Below, piece after piece: positions 50,185-58,094 of a stretch of DNA of 64,000 bases. Within the stretch, counting starts at the first letter, position 1, and every line of letters starts with the position of its first letter. A model generated the notes under the pieces. That model was not told the origin of the DNA. It saw only the letters and a program-made list of their open reading frames with translations, and did not search any database. The DNA comes from Verrucomicrobiota bacterium (GTDB lineage Bacteria > Verrucomicrobiota > Verrucomicrobiia > Limisphaerales > JADJPG01), in assembly GCA_016713365.1 (NCBI GenBank), contig JADJPG010000006.1, positions 52,443 through 116,442 of the forward strand. Direction: 5' to 3'. The position numbers and the translations under genes were made by a program.

Positions 50185-50660
50185 GGTATGCCTTTCGTTT
50201 CTCGGACGGGGGCCACATGCCGCCCATCACGCAAAAGGAGATACCATCAAGGCTGGGTTCGGGGGTGTAGCTCCTGCACAGGATGCAGCGAAGTCCGTCA
50301 CGCTGACGCGAGACGGACGAGGAACGTCATCGGCGTGTCCGTTCCAAAATGCCAACGGTGTTCACTCTTTGTCCTTCAATGTGCCGTATTGCAACAGCGG
50401 AAATCATTCACACTTTCGCCTTCGAAGTGCCCGTGCGCGAACCAGTGAGAAAAACTTTGCCCCTCAGCACCATCGCCCCGCAGGACGAGCTCTTCAACCG
50501 GCACGCCGACCGCAGTGCCGAGCCGCCATTCAAAATAATAGCGAACCCACCGACTGCGCCGCAAACGCAAGACAGGGCAAGCCTGTGAACCATCAACCTC
50601 GCAACAGAATAGCAATCATCAACTGATCATTCCTCGGACTCCTGTGTCAGCGTAGCAAGA

Positions 50661-52403
50661 TCACTTCCCCGTCAAGTCTTCATCAATGTTAACACCGCTT
50701 CGCATCGCACCGACCTGCAAATCAATCGGAGCGCTCCAGAGTCCGAACTTACTACGCGCTCTGGCTTTGATCGTCATCCGGCCGGCGACCTCGACCGGCT
50801 TGGAGTATTCGAGTGCGGACGGGGAGACCGCACCTCCCGGAGCCCGAGGGTCGGTGCCGTTCGTTGTGTAGAAGAGCCTGCCATCGAGAAAGCCCATCGA
50901 CACAGAGGAGATACCGTTCGAGGAGGCCAGTGGCTGCAAAACTGGCTTGGGATACTCCTGGCTGTCGATCCACGCCAGGCGACAAGTGACCCACTGCTTC
51001 AGCCACGATACATCCTTTTGAAACAACTCGTTTGATGGTGCGCTCCCGGGCAGCCCCGCCCACCGTGAGTGATTCCGTCCGAGCGCCGGCAAAACTCCGC
51101 TTGTGATGAAATCAATCAGCCGGACGAGATTGGTTGTCTCAAAAACGTTCGTCCGAAGTTCGCTCCATCGATCCATGTATCGCTGTAAAAAATCAGGATC
51201 TTCGAATAATCGACGAAACCAAGTGTAGTCGGGATCCTGGACACCTTCAAATCGCCACTCGTTGGTCTTCATGGCGGCCGCGAAGAAGGTGTTTCCAAAA
51301 GCATTATCCCAGTCCCATAGGGGTCCCATCGCCACCTTGCCGCCCCGATCCTTGTGCATATACTGGCTCAGGAAGTAACCATCGGCATTCCGCGACAGCT
51401 CCACCATCCAGTGAAAATCTACAAATGATTCGACATCAATGTAATTGCGATACCCGGTTTCGGCATTCCGAAAACCCAATGAGAATAATGTCTTCTCGAA
51501 ATCACCCAAATACTTGCGCACCCACTTGCTCTGAATGGCAGTTAAATCCCGTTCCTTCGGCTCCTCAAAGCGCAACAACAATTCTTGTCCCGTCAGCAAT
51601 CCCGCTTCACCCTTGGCCTCATCATCCTTCTTGAAGATGTAGCCGCCGGACAGCTCGGGTTCTTTGTCGTGCTCGGGACGCAAACGGGCGATGTTTACGC
51701 GATCATTGGACCGCTTGATTTTCTCCATCAACACGAACACACCCAAGTAGGAGTCGGACATTCTCCGGGCAGCCTCGTTGACCGTATTCGAATGCTGGAG
51801 CGGGAAGCCTGAGCCTGACAGTGCTTCCAGGACATGTCTTGTTTGTAAAGCCAGTTGAGCTGGTGAAATTAGGCCTCCTTTGAACGAGTTTGTGACGCTA
51901 AATACCTCCACAAACCGCCAGCGCACCGCGTAGCGCCCCATGCTGCGCCAAAGCTCATGCGCCAGCAGATTCCGGGAAAACGTCTTGTCCGTCACCGAGG
52001 CGTAGAGTACCCAATCCGAATCCGCCGGAAGACCAAGGAGCGAGGTTTTTCGATCCTTTCCCCGATTATCCTGCAATTCCAAGCGATAGCTCTTCTTTGG
52101 ATAGTGAAACGAACTGTTCCCACGCGCGGACAACTCCGCCGGGCCACTGGCGCCTTCATCGATTGAAAATTTCGCACCACTATCCTCCGGAAGCAGCACC
52201 GTGAGAAAGGCGGGCACACGCGAGCGATCTTGAACTGCTTTTCCGCCGGTTTGAAAAACCAAAACTGGCAGTGCTCCGGACCCACTGGGTTTTACCTCCG
52301 CCGCCGACAAAACGGCACCACCGCACGCCAACAACACGACGGCAATTGCAGAAACAATCGCCCCTTCACCGACGCTACTGAGCCACTGCCATCTCCCGTT
52401 CAT
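50661..52403 (-). CDS. CotH-family kinase-like protein with C-terminal chitobiase/hexosaminidase-type tail
   Basis: N-terminal anchor. CotH-like blocks ..NSSFHYPKKSYRLEL.., ..GGYIFKKDD.., ..YMHKDRGGKVAMGPLWDWDNAFGN... C-terminus ..LFYTTNGTDPRAPGG... Confidence 0.8.
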   Translation of the reverse strand: MNGRWQWLSSVGEGAIVSAIAVVLLACGGAVLSAAEVKPSGSGALPVLVFQTGGKAVQDRSRVPAFLTVLLPEDSGAKFSIDEGASGPAELSARGNSSFHYPKKSYRLELQDNRGKDRKTSLLGLPADSDWVLYASVTDKTFSRNLLAHELWRSMGRYAVRWRFVEVFSVTNSFKGGLISPAQLALQTRHVLEALSGSGFPLQHSNTVNEAARRMSDSYLGVFVLMEKIKRSNDRVNIARLRPEHDKEPELSGGYIFKKDDEAKGEAGLLTGQELLLRFEEPKERDLTAIQSKWVRKYLGDFEKTLFSLGFRNAETGYRNYIDVESFVDFHWMVELSRNADGYFLSQYMHKDRGGKVAMGPLWDWDNAFGNTFFAAAMKTNEWRFEGVQDPDYTWFRRLFEDPDFLQRYMDRWSELRTNVFETTNLVRLIDFITSGVLPALGRNHSRWAGLPGSAPSNELFQKDVSWLKQWVTCRLAWIDSQEYPKPVLQPLASSNGISSVSMGFLDGRLFYTTNGTDPRAPGGAVSPSALEYSKPVEVAGRMTIKARARSKFGLWSAPIDLQVGAMRSGVNIDEDLTGK

Positions 52404-52434
52404 GTTTGATTCTTCAGATGGTTCAAGAACACAA

Positions 52435-53019
52435 TTACGGACTTTTGGTGGAACCTTTTTCAGGCAGTTTCCTAAATGGATATCTTGATCGAAAAATGTG
52501 ATAGTCCCCTAGCACCGTGTATGCTGGCCCAGAAAGCCCACTATATCGCTTGATCAAAATCGGACGGCCGTTGTTCCACCGTATTGGCCACGCCACGTTA
52601 AAGGAACCATCTGCGTTGATTTCACTACGACCAGACTCCCAAGTCATTGCACTCGCGCTAGGGTTGTTTGTTGCCGATTCAGGCAAGTCAAACGCTATAC
52701 GTAGTATTAATAGGAGCTTGGACATTTCGATGAAATCGTCTTTTATGGCACCAGGCTCCGTTTCCGCGAACCGTTGAAGGACGAGTTCAACCGTGGACGG
52801 GGTCGCATTTTGGAACATCCGGGCTGCTTCTATAGCGTTTTTCCAGTCGTTGCTGGTGTAATCCTTGGTCGATCTCCATGGTTCGACTCGTGATATTGCA
52901 TTAAACAGGGACTCTGCGGAAATGCTTGTCGAATCCGGCCCAACCTCCTGCTTGTCACAGCCGGTTACCAAGATTCCGAATAATGCGACAAAAGTGAGTA
53001 GCAGCGCTGCGTTATGCAT
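52435..53019 (-). CDS. Lipoprotein, candidate partner/immunity protein of cassette 53019-53768
   Basis: ATG 53019 overlaps the upstream TAA (TAATG). MHNAALLLTFVALFGILVTGC lipobox. AT-rich (~37% GC in line 52441). No family recognised. Confidence 0.55.
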   Translation of the reverse strand: MHNAALLLTFVALFGILVTGCDKQEVGPDSTSISAESLFNAISRVEPWRSTKDYTSNDWKNAIEAARMFQNATPSTVELVLQRFAETEPGAIKDDFIEMSKLLLILRIAFDLPESATNNPSASAMTWESGRSEINADGSFNVAWPIRWNNGRPILIKRYSGLSGPAYTVLGDYHIFRSRYPFRKLPEKGSTKSP

Positions 53020-53768
53020 TAGTTGTATGGCTCCTGCCGAACGGGCCACGTCATCTCCCCCCTGTCAGCGTTACTGAATGGTTTCTCGCAACAACAATCC
53101 CAGTTTGCGTTTGCCCAATGATATTCTAAAGCCTCCACGGGTTGCACCTTGTTCCACCAACTTGGGCGAGTCCTTGTCGCCGGAAGACCGCCCGAGCTTG
53201 CGATTGACCCCCAGTTTGCAGGATCGTCATTTGGGTCGCCAGCATCAGTTGTCCTGGCGCAGTAAAACGCAACGACGCCACGCTTTTGATCGCTCCCTTT
53301 CGAATTTGGATACTTACCATTTGCGAACTGGTCGGTATATCCATATCGCCTTGCAATGTTTGACCATGAGTCGTTCATTGTGACCGGCCACACCTCCCAA
53401 TAATGATCAGTAATTTGAACTTCGTTCTTCAAGGAACAGTATTTCACCACTTTGCTCATCTCGACTTCTTGAACGAGGTAACCAGTGCATGGAGCTGGAT
53501 TGCTAAGCTTGAAATCCCACTCTACGGTATACTTTCCACATTCACCTTTCTCCCACTTCAATTGAGTGATGACTATTTTCCCATCAGGATCAAACTTCAG
53601 CAAAGGAGCGTTTTCAGCAAACGCACAAAGGTTCTTTCCTCCCTTCTCCTCAATCGGATCTCTGTTCAACCATCTCCCCGCCGCCGGATTGTAGAACGCC
53701 CTCGCGGGCGACACGGCGATGAATAAGAACAACGTGACAGCCAATAGCGTTTGGTCGCATCTCTTCAT
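53019..53768 (-). CDS. Signal peptide + Rhs-core-tip motif + Trp/Cys-rich C-terminal domain (orphan toxin cassette 3)
   Basis: MKRCDQTLLAVTLFLFIAVSPARA / FYNPAAGRWLNRDPIEEKGGKNLCAF..FDPDGK, then a unique domain (..NWDCCCEKP..). The start overlaps the stop of the transglutaminase-like gene (ATGA). Confidence 0.7.
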   Translation of the reverse strand: MKRCDQTLLAVTLFLFIAVSPARAFYNPAAGRWLNRDPIEEKGGKNLCAFAENAPLLKFDPDGKIVITQLKWEKGECGKYTVEWDFKLSNPAPCTGYLVQEVEMSKVVKYCSLKNEVQITDHYWEVWPVTMNDSWSNIARRYGYTDQFANGKYPNSKGSDQKRGVVAFYCARTTDAGDPNDDPANWGSIASSGGLPATRTRPSWWNKVQPVEALEYHWANANWDCCCEKPFSNADRGEMTWPVRQEPYN

Positions 53769-54757
53769 AAGGTCACGACTGTTCGTGGGTTTGGGTGGTT
53801 TCGATCCGACTGCTTTGCATTGCTTCGCAAATGCTCCATGAACTCACGTTGGATGGCTGAGTGCGGTGCCAGCCGGCAAACGTGCTCTTGATTGCTGGCA
53901 GCTTCTTCGAAGCGGCCTGCGGCGAGCAGGCAATGAGTTCGCAGCGAGAGGAACACGGACAATTCCTCGACGGGACTCAGGGACGTTAAATACCGCTCGG
54001 TCTGCTCCTCCTCGGGCGACATCGGAAATGGCCAGCCCCGATAATACTCATCCTCAAACGTCGTCATCCCCTCCGTCGTCGCCTCAATGTTCAGGCGTTC
54101 GCCCGCTCCATCCCAGCGGACGAAGAGATGGTTCTTCGCCGTCACCAGCTTCAGCGGATACCCCAGCCGCCGGCCCACCGCCGCATACAACACCGGCAGG
54201 GAGGCGCACGTGCCCGTGCGCCGCGGCCCGAGCAATCCGTGCAGGAACACGTCCGCCGCCTCCGAGTAAAACGATTCGTTCGGCTCGATCCGGCCCTCCA
54301 CCGGCTGCGCCCGCTGCGGGCTGTAGCGAATGCCGAAATCCTGCTGCAACACCGTCACCAGGCAGAGCATCTTGAAATACGCCTCCGACCCGTTGAACTC
54401 CTCCGGCGCACGTCGGAACCGCGCGACATGCCGGGCCGTCTCCGCCTTCACCCGCGCGGTCATCGCGGCCAGCTCCCGTACCAGATTCGTGAAGGCCAGA
54501 TCCTCGCCCCGGGCCAACCCGCTCCCCGCCAGCAAATTCATCCGGGCAATGTCCATGCGCAGGCCATTGGGCTGTCTCAACAACGCCGCCAGTTCCGTCT
54601 CCCAGCCCATCGCCTCAACGGGCGTACCGACATTACTCTCATTGCTCAAGCGTTCTTTCCCCTTTCCAACAACCAGTGCTGCGCCAATACAGACCGTCAT
54701 TACGCAGCCGAGCACCAACCGCTTTGCGAGTTTTCGATTAAGGTCCATTGTCCTCAA
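53765..54757 (-). CDS. Membrane-anchored transglutaminase-like (SirB1/YchA-type core) protein with TPR-like tail
   Basis: TM LVLGCVMTVCIGAALVV. ..GPRRTGTCASLPVLYAAVGRRLGYPLKLVTAKNHLFVRWDG.. matches the Cys-containing transglutaminase-core2 pattern (compare GIPISL..LGLPL..PGHFLLRW in YchA). Confidence 0.7.
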   Translation of the reverse strand: MRTMDLNRKLAKRLVLGCVMTVCIGAALVVGKGKERLSNESNVGTPVEAMGWETELAALLRQPNGLRMDIARMNLLAGSGLARGEDLAFTNLVRELAAMTARVKAETARHVARFRRAPEEFNGSEAYFKMLCLVTVLQQDFGIRYSPQRAQPVEGRIEPNESFYSEAADVFLHGLLGPRRTGTCASLPVLYAAVGRRLGYPLKLVTAKNHLFVRWDGAGERLNIEATTEGMTTFEDEYYRGWPFPMSPEEEQTERYLTSLSPVEELSVFLSLRTHCLLAAGRFEEAASNQEHVCRLAPHSAIQREFMEHLRSNAKQSDRNHPNPRTVVTL

Positions 54758-54846
54758 ATATGTTTCACGTGGTGACCTTGAAATCTGAAGCGATGGCAGC
54801 CGCGCATCCGGACTATCTGACTAAGGGGTGTCAGAGACCTTTTCCC

Positions 54847-55266
54847 TTACCTGGTTCTCGAAGCATAGGTCACACCTATTGAGTGCCAGTTACCACCCTC
54901 GTCCTTTGTGAAATAGACGCAGTTCCGTCTTGTCCAAAACTTGGCGGCGACGACATGCCCCGGAAACGCCATATCTATACGCTCTACCTCGCCGTCAATA
55001 TCAGGAATTCGGCTCATCACATTCGACAGACTGTTGCGTTCACTCGCCGGTAATTGATTCCACTCGATTGAGTTTGTCGGGAAGAGGACGGCTTTGCCTT
55101 CCCCATACGGCAACAAGCGCCGGTGCGGTGGCGCATTCAATTCCACCACTTTTCGTTCGATTTCTGCATCAAGAAGACAAGACCTGCTGATGAAGACAAC
55201 CACCAGCGCGCAAGCCACCAGCGCCGCCATCAAGGCTACATTTTTTCCTGCCCGGCTAGAATCCAC
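54847..55266 (-). CDS. TM-anchored small protein, candidate partner/immunity protein of cassette 2
   Basis: MDSSRAGKNVALMAALVACALVVVFIS anchor. Overlaps the 3' end of the upstream toxin gene by 11 nt. No family recognised. Confidence 0.5.
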   Translation of the reverse strand: MDSSRAGKNVALMAALVACALVVVFISRSCLLDAEIERKVVELNAPPHRRLLPYGEGKAVLFPTNSIEWNQLPASERNSLSNVMSRIPDIDGEVERIDMAFPGHVVAAKFWTRRNCVYFTKDEGGNWHSIGVTYASRTR

Positions 55267-55999
55267 AAGCCTTTGCCCTCCTATCGGCGGCCGCTTCTAA
55301 AGCTGCCGCCGCCTGCCAAGCCAGTTGCCCCAGAGAAGCGAGATTACTTACCGCAAATTGATAGTCGATTGATTCATGTGGCAAATCGAACACATGAATG
55401 AACTCATCGGCGGTTTCCATGGTCAAAAGTGCGAAACGTCGCTCTGCCGCGACATAATCCAACAACGCGCTCATACATCCCCGGCTAACGCAACGCTCCT
55501 TTACCCCGTTCAATACCGCTTCGTCGTGATTGGCGTAAGCCAGCCCATTATCAGCGTGCCTCCGTTCATGTTCTCTTGTTGTGTACGAATATCCGGCCAT
55601 CAGATTGTCAGGATCATGGCCGGTCGCGTAGGTAATGGTGATATTTGCCCGGCACGATACTGAGGTGATTTTCCGACACAGTCCGAGATTGCATCCCACA
55701 ACCTGGAAGGAACAGCCCACATCAGTTGGAATCGTGAACTCCGTTACACCGAAGTATCCCGGAACCGACCCCGTTCTTTCCGTCAAATTTAATTCTACCA
55801 AGCCTCGAAAATCTGCTTTACATGGCATTTGATTTCCGACCGCCGCATACAGCGCTTTACCCCCGCGCTCTTCAATTGGATCGCGATTCAACCACCGGCC
55901 AGCGCTGGGGTTGTAGTACGCCTGCGCCAGAGGCGCGAAGGTCAGCCAAGCAACGAGTGCCAAAGCGATGACGCCGTAGTTAAACCGTTCAGTTTTCAC
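55256..55999 (-). CDS. Signal peptide + Rhs-core-tip motif + HExxH domain (orphan toxin cassette 2)
   Basis: GTG 55999: (M)KTERFNYGVIALALVAWLTFAPLAQA / YYNPSAGRWLNRDPIEERGGKALYA..ADFRGL, then ..TTREHERRHADNG... As assembled the frame stays open upstream to ATG 56131 (and 56224). Confidence 0.65.
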   Translation of the reverse strand: MKTERFNYGVIALALVAWLTFAPLAQAYYNPSAGRWLNRDPIEERGGKALYAAVGNQMPCKADFRGLVELNLTERTGSVPGYFGVTEFTIPTDVGCSFQVVGCNLGLCRKITSVSCRANITITYATGHDPDNLMAGYSYTTREHERRHADNGLAYANHDEAVLNGVKERCVSRGCMSALLDYVAAERRFALLTMETADEFIHVFDLPHESIDYQFAVSNLASLGQLAWQAAAALEAAADRRAKACGF

Positions 56000-56131
56000 G
56001 ACTGGATATGATTTTCCGCGTTCGCCTTCAACCACCGGCCTGAGTTCGGATTGTAGAACGCCTTGGCCAGCGGCGTGCCAGTCCACGCGATGACACAGCA
56101 AGAGAGCTCTCAGCAGCCATTTCTTATTCAT
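55996..56131 (-). pseudogene. Truncated 'ghost' leader: signal peptide + AFYNPNSGRWL then stop
   Basis: ATG 56131 (ATGA with the upstream stop) gives MNKKWLLRALLLC. A +1 shift near 56092 gives ..CCVIAWTGTPLAKAFYNPNSGRWLKANAENHIQS-stop. That stop overlaps GTG 55999 (GTGA). Confidence 0.45.
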
Positions 56132-56589
56132 TTGTTCTCCTTCAGCTTTTCCACAGTCTGATCCTTGCCCACGCCTGAAACATCGTCTTGCGCGATTCCG
56201 TTTTCTGAAAATGATACCTGCCAAAATGGTCCACCGAGTCCCCCACCGTATCTTAACTTAACAAAAGCGTTCCTATTCGTTGTTTGCATAGAAACCGATG
56301 GTATCATCCGCTCACTAGGAGTCCGTTCTTGGTATGTCCGGAAATCAGGATACCGCCGCCTGAGCCGTTCGGTTGCTGCCCGGTGTAGATCCAAAAGCGT
56401 AAAGGTGCTTGAGGCTGTTGAGACATACATTCTTGCTATCAATAGTTCTACTCCGTTGGTTGGGTTGGCGTGCATTGGATTTCCGCAAGCAAAGAAAATC
56501 GGACCGAGCAAAAAGACGAAAGCTACACAAGAGCTTAGATTCGAAGTTACACGTCCCACGTCGTTACGTTTCTTATTGAGTATTCGCAC
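56128..56589 (-). CDS. Lipoprotein-like small protein, candidate partner/immunity protein of cassette 1
   Basis: ..CVAFVFLLGPIFFACGNP.. (lipobox-like). Overlaps the upstream toxin gene by 17 nt. ~42% GC. No family recognised. Confidence 0.5.
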   Translation of the reverse strand: MRILNKKRNDVGRVTSNLSSCVAFVFLLGPIFFACGNPMHANPTNGVELLIARMYVSTASSTFTLLDLHRAATERLRRRYPDFRTYQERTPSERMIPSVSMQTTNRNAFVKLRYGGGLGGPFWQVSFSENGIAQDDVSGVGKDQTVEKLKENK

Positions 56590-57283
56590 ATTTCTCCTTT
56601 TCTAATTGCAAATTGGGCAGGAGAGTTCCGAAGAGTTCGACGCTCAATGGACCTATCTCTGCGCAACTTTGCTCGTTACCATAGTCCCCACAATCCCAGA
56701 GCCTGTTGTCAAGTTTCGCCCATGTGAAATAGATGTTCGAGATCAATGCGACCAAGCCATCGTAACAATTTGCTCGTTGTTTCGACATGCAGGTGTCCGT
56801 GAAAGATCCAATTTCACCAATCATGCTCGTCCAATGTGATCTTCCGATCTCAACATGGCGTAGTTCATGGTTACGAATTTTGTAGGGATCATCCTGATCA
56901 TTAAGACTCCACCAATAGTCGGCTGTGGCGTGCCCATTCGCCCATACCACCCAACAACATCGCTTGGGCATTGCAACCCGCGAAGTTACAGGACCCCATA
57001 TCAGCGTAGTTAATCCAAGATTTCCCCCTTCTGGAGCCCGCGCTCCAAGATCCTGGGATGTAAATGAGAAATCACTAGCGAGAAGCCCCTTCTTATCAAT
57101 CTTAGTCTGACTGTTATTTGAGACCCACGCCGAAAGATTGATGCCCCCTCTTTCCGCAATCGGATCGCGGTTCAGCCACCGGCCCGAGTTCGGGTTGTAG
57201 TACGCCTGCGCTAGCGGTGCGAATGCCAGCCACAGCAGCATCGCTGCCGCAGGCAACGTTCTGATTTTGAATTTGCGTTTCAT
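56573..57283 (-). CDS. Signal peptide + Rhs-core-tip motif + HExxH domain (orphan toxin cassette 1)
   Basis: MKRKFKIRTLPAAAMLLWLAFAPLAQA / YYNPNSGRWLNRDPIAERGGINLSAW..IDKKGL, then ..YKIRNHELRHVEIGRSHW... Confidence 0.7.
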   Translation of the reverse strand: MKRKFKIRTLPAAAMLLWLAFAPLAQAYYNPNSGRWLNRDPIAERGGINLSAWVSNNSQTKIDKKGLLASDFSFTSQDLGARAPEGGNLGLTTLIWGPVTSRVAMPKRCCWVVWANGHATADYWWSLNDQDDPYKIRNHELRHVEIGRSHWTSMIGEIGSFTDTCMSKQRANCYDGLVALISNIYFTWAKLDNRLWDCGDYGNEQSCAEIGPLSVELFGTLLPNLQLEKEKCANTQ

Positions 57284-57386
57284 ATCAAAAGTATAACTTT
57301 CAATGGCACAGGCGCGGGTGGCCGACTCACTCTGGCGCGGCCTGAGGCGCGCTAGATTCTTTCACACCTTTTGGCGGAACAGCCGA

Positions 57387-58094
57387 TTACTCATCCAATT
57401 CGATCAGTTGGGGAAGCTTCAGCGGAGCAGCTTCGACCATTTCCACACGGTTCGTGTCGATCACAGTCACAAATCTGGCTCTCAATTCTGTGACGCCGCT
57501 TCCAATTGCCCTGGTGTGCAGAGTTTTTTCAAGAACGTCTCCGGGTTGAATGACGGATGGGACTTCAATATGAGCTTCGGTTTTAGTCCCTCTACGAATC
57601 AACGCCCCCGACGGACTTTGACCGGACGCGAGAGCGCTAACCGGTAAAGAAAGTTTACGCGTGCCATCCTTGGTAGAAACGAGTGATCCAACGCCGAGGA
57701 GAACCACGGCTCGATCTGTTTGATTGCTGATGGAAAGGCGAGTTCCAGCATCGGTTTGAACAAGTCTAAGTTTGATTGGCAGACGTGAACTCGGGTCCAG
57801 AAGATTTCGTGTGGACAGATCCCTAATGACAGTTCCAAATGTCTCCTGGCCAGCAACGCCATCGACAACCAACCCTCTGCTTCGTTGATATGATTGCACA
57901 TCGTCAAATCCAAGCAGACTCAAGTAAGCCAGGATTTTTTCGCCTTCCTTGCTGGTGTATTTTTCATATGGACGATGACAGGTGATCTGCACCGCATTGG
58001 TGGCAACAACATTTGCATCTGTCTGCGCAGACCCAGCCAAAGAGATGCTGAATGCGCAAACGACGACAGCCAAAGTCCTCGATAGCGGTTTCAT
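57387..58094 (-). CDS. Secreted protein with peptidoglycan-binding-like motif, candidate immunity protein of the Rhs toxin
   Basis: ATG 58094 overlaps the Rhs stop (ATGA). Signal MKPLSRTLAVVVCAFSISLAGSAQ. LLGFDDVQSYQRSRGLVVDGVAGQETF resembles a PG_binding_1 half-motif. Confidence 0.55.
   Translation of the reverse strand: MKPLSRTLAVVVCAFSISLAGSAQTDANVVATNAVQITCHRPYEKYTSKEGEKILAYLSLLGFDDVQSYQRSRGLVVDGVAGQETFGTVIRDLSTRNLLDPSSRLPIKLRLVQTDAGTRLSISNQTDRAVVLLGVGSLVSTKDGTRKLSLPVSALASGQSPSGALIRRGTKTEAHIEVPSVIQPGDVLEKTLHTRAIGSGVTELRARFVTVIDTNRVEMVEAAPLKLPQLIELDE

Noticed and set aside
50376-50615. Possible TrbE/VirB4 C-terminal remnant in the trbJ-upstream gap (..RWVRYYFEWRLGTAVG..)
   Set aside because: I could not align it convincingly to the VirB4 C-terminal pattern from memory. 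I kept the region only as an unexplained junction.
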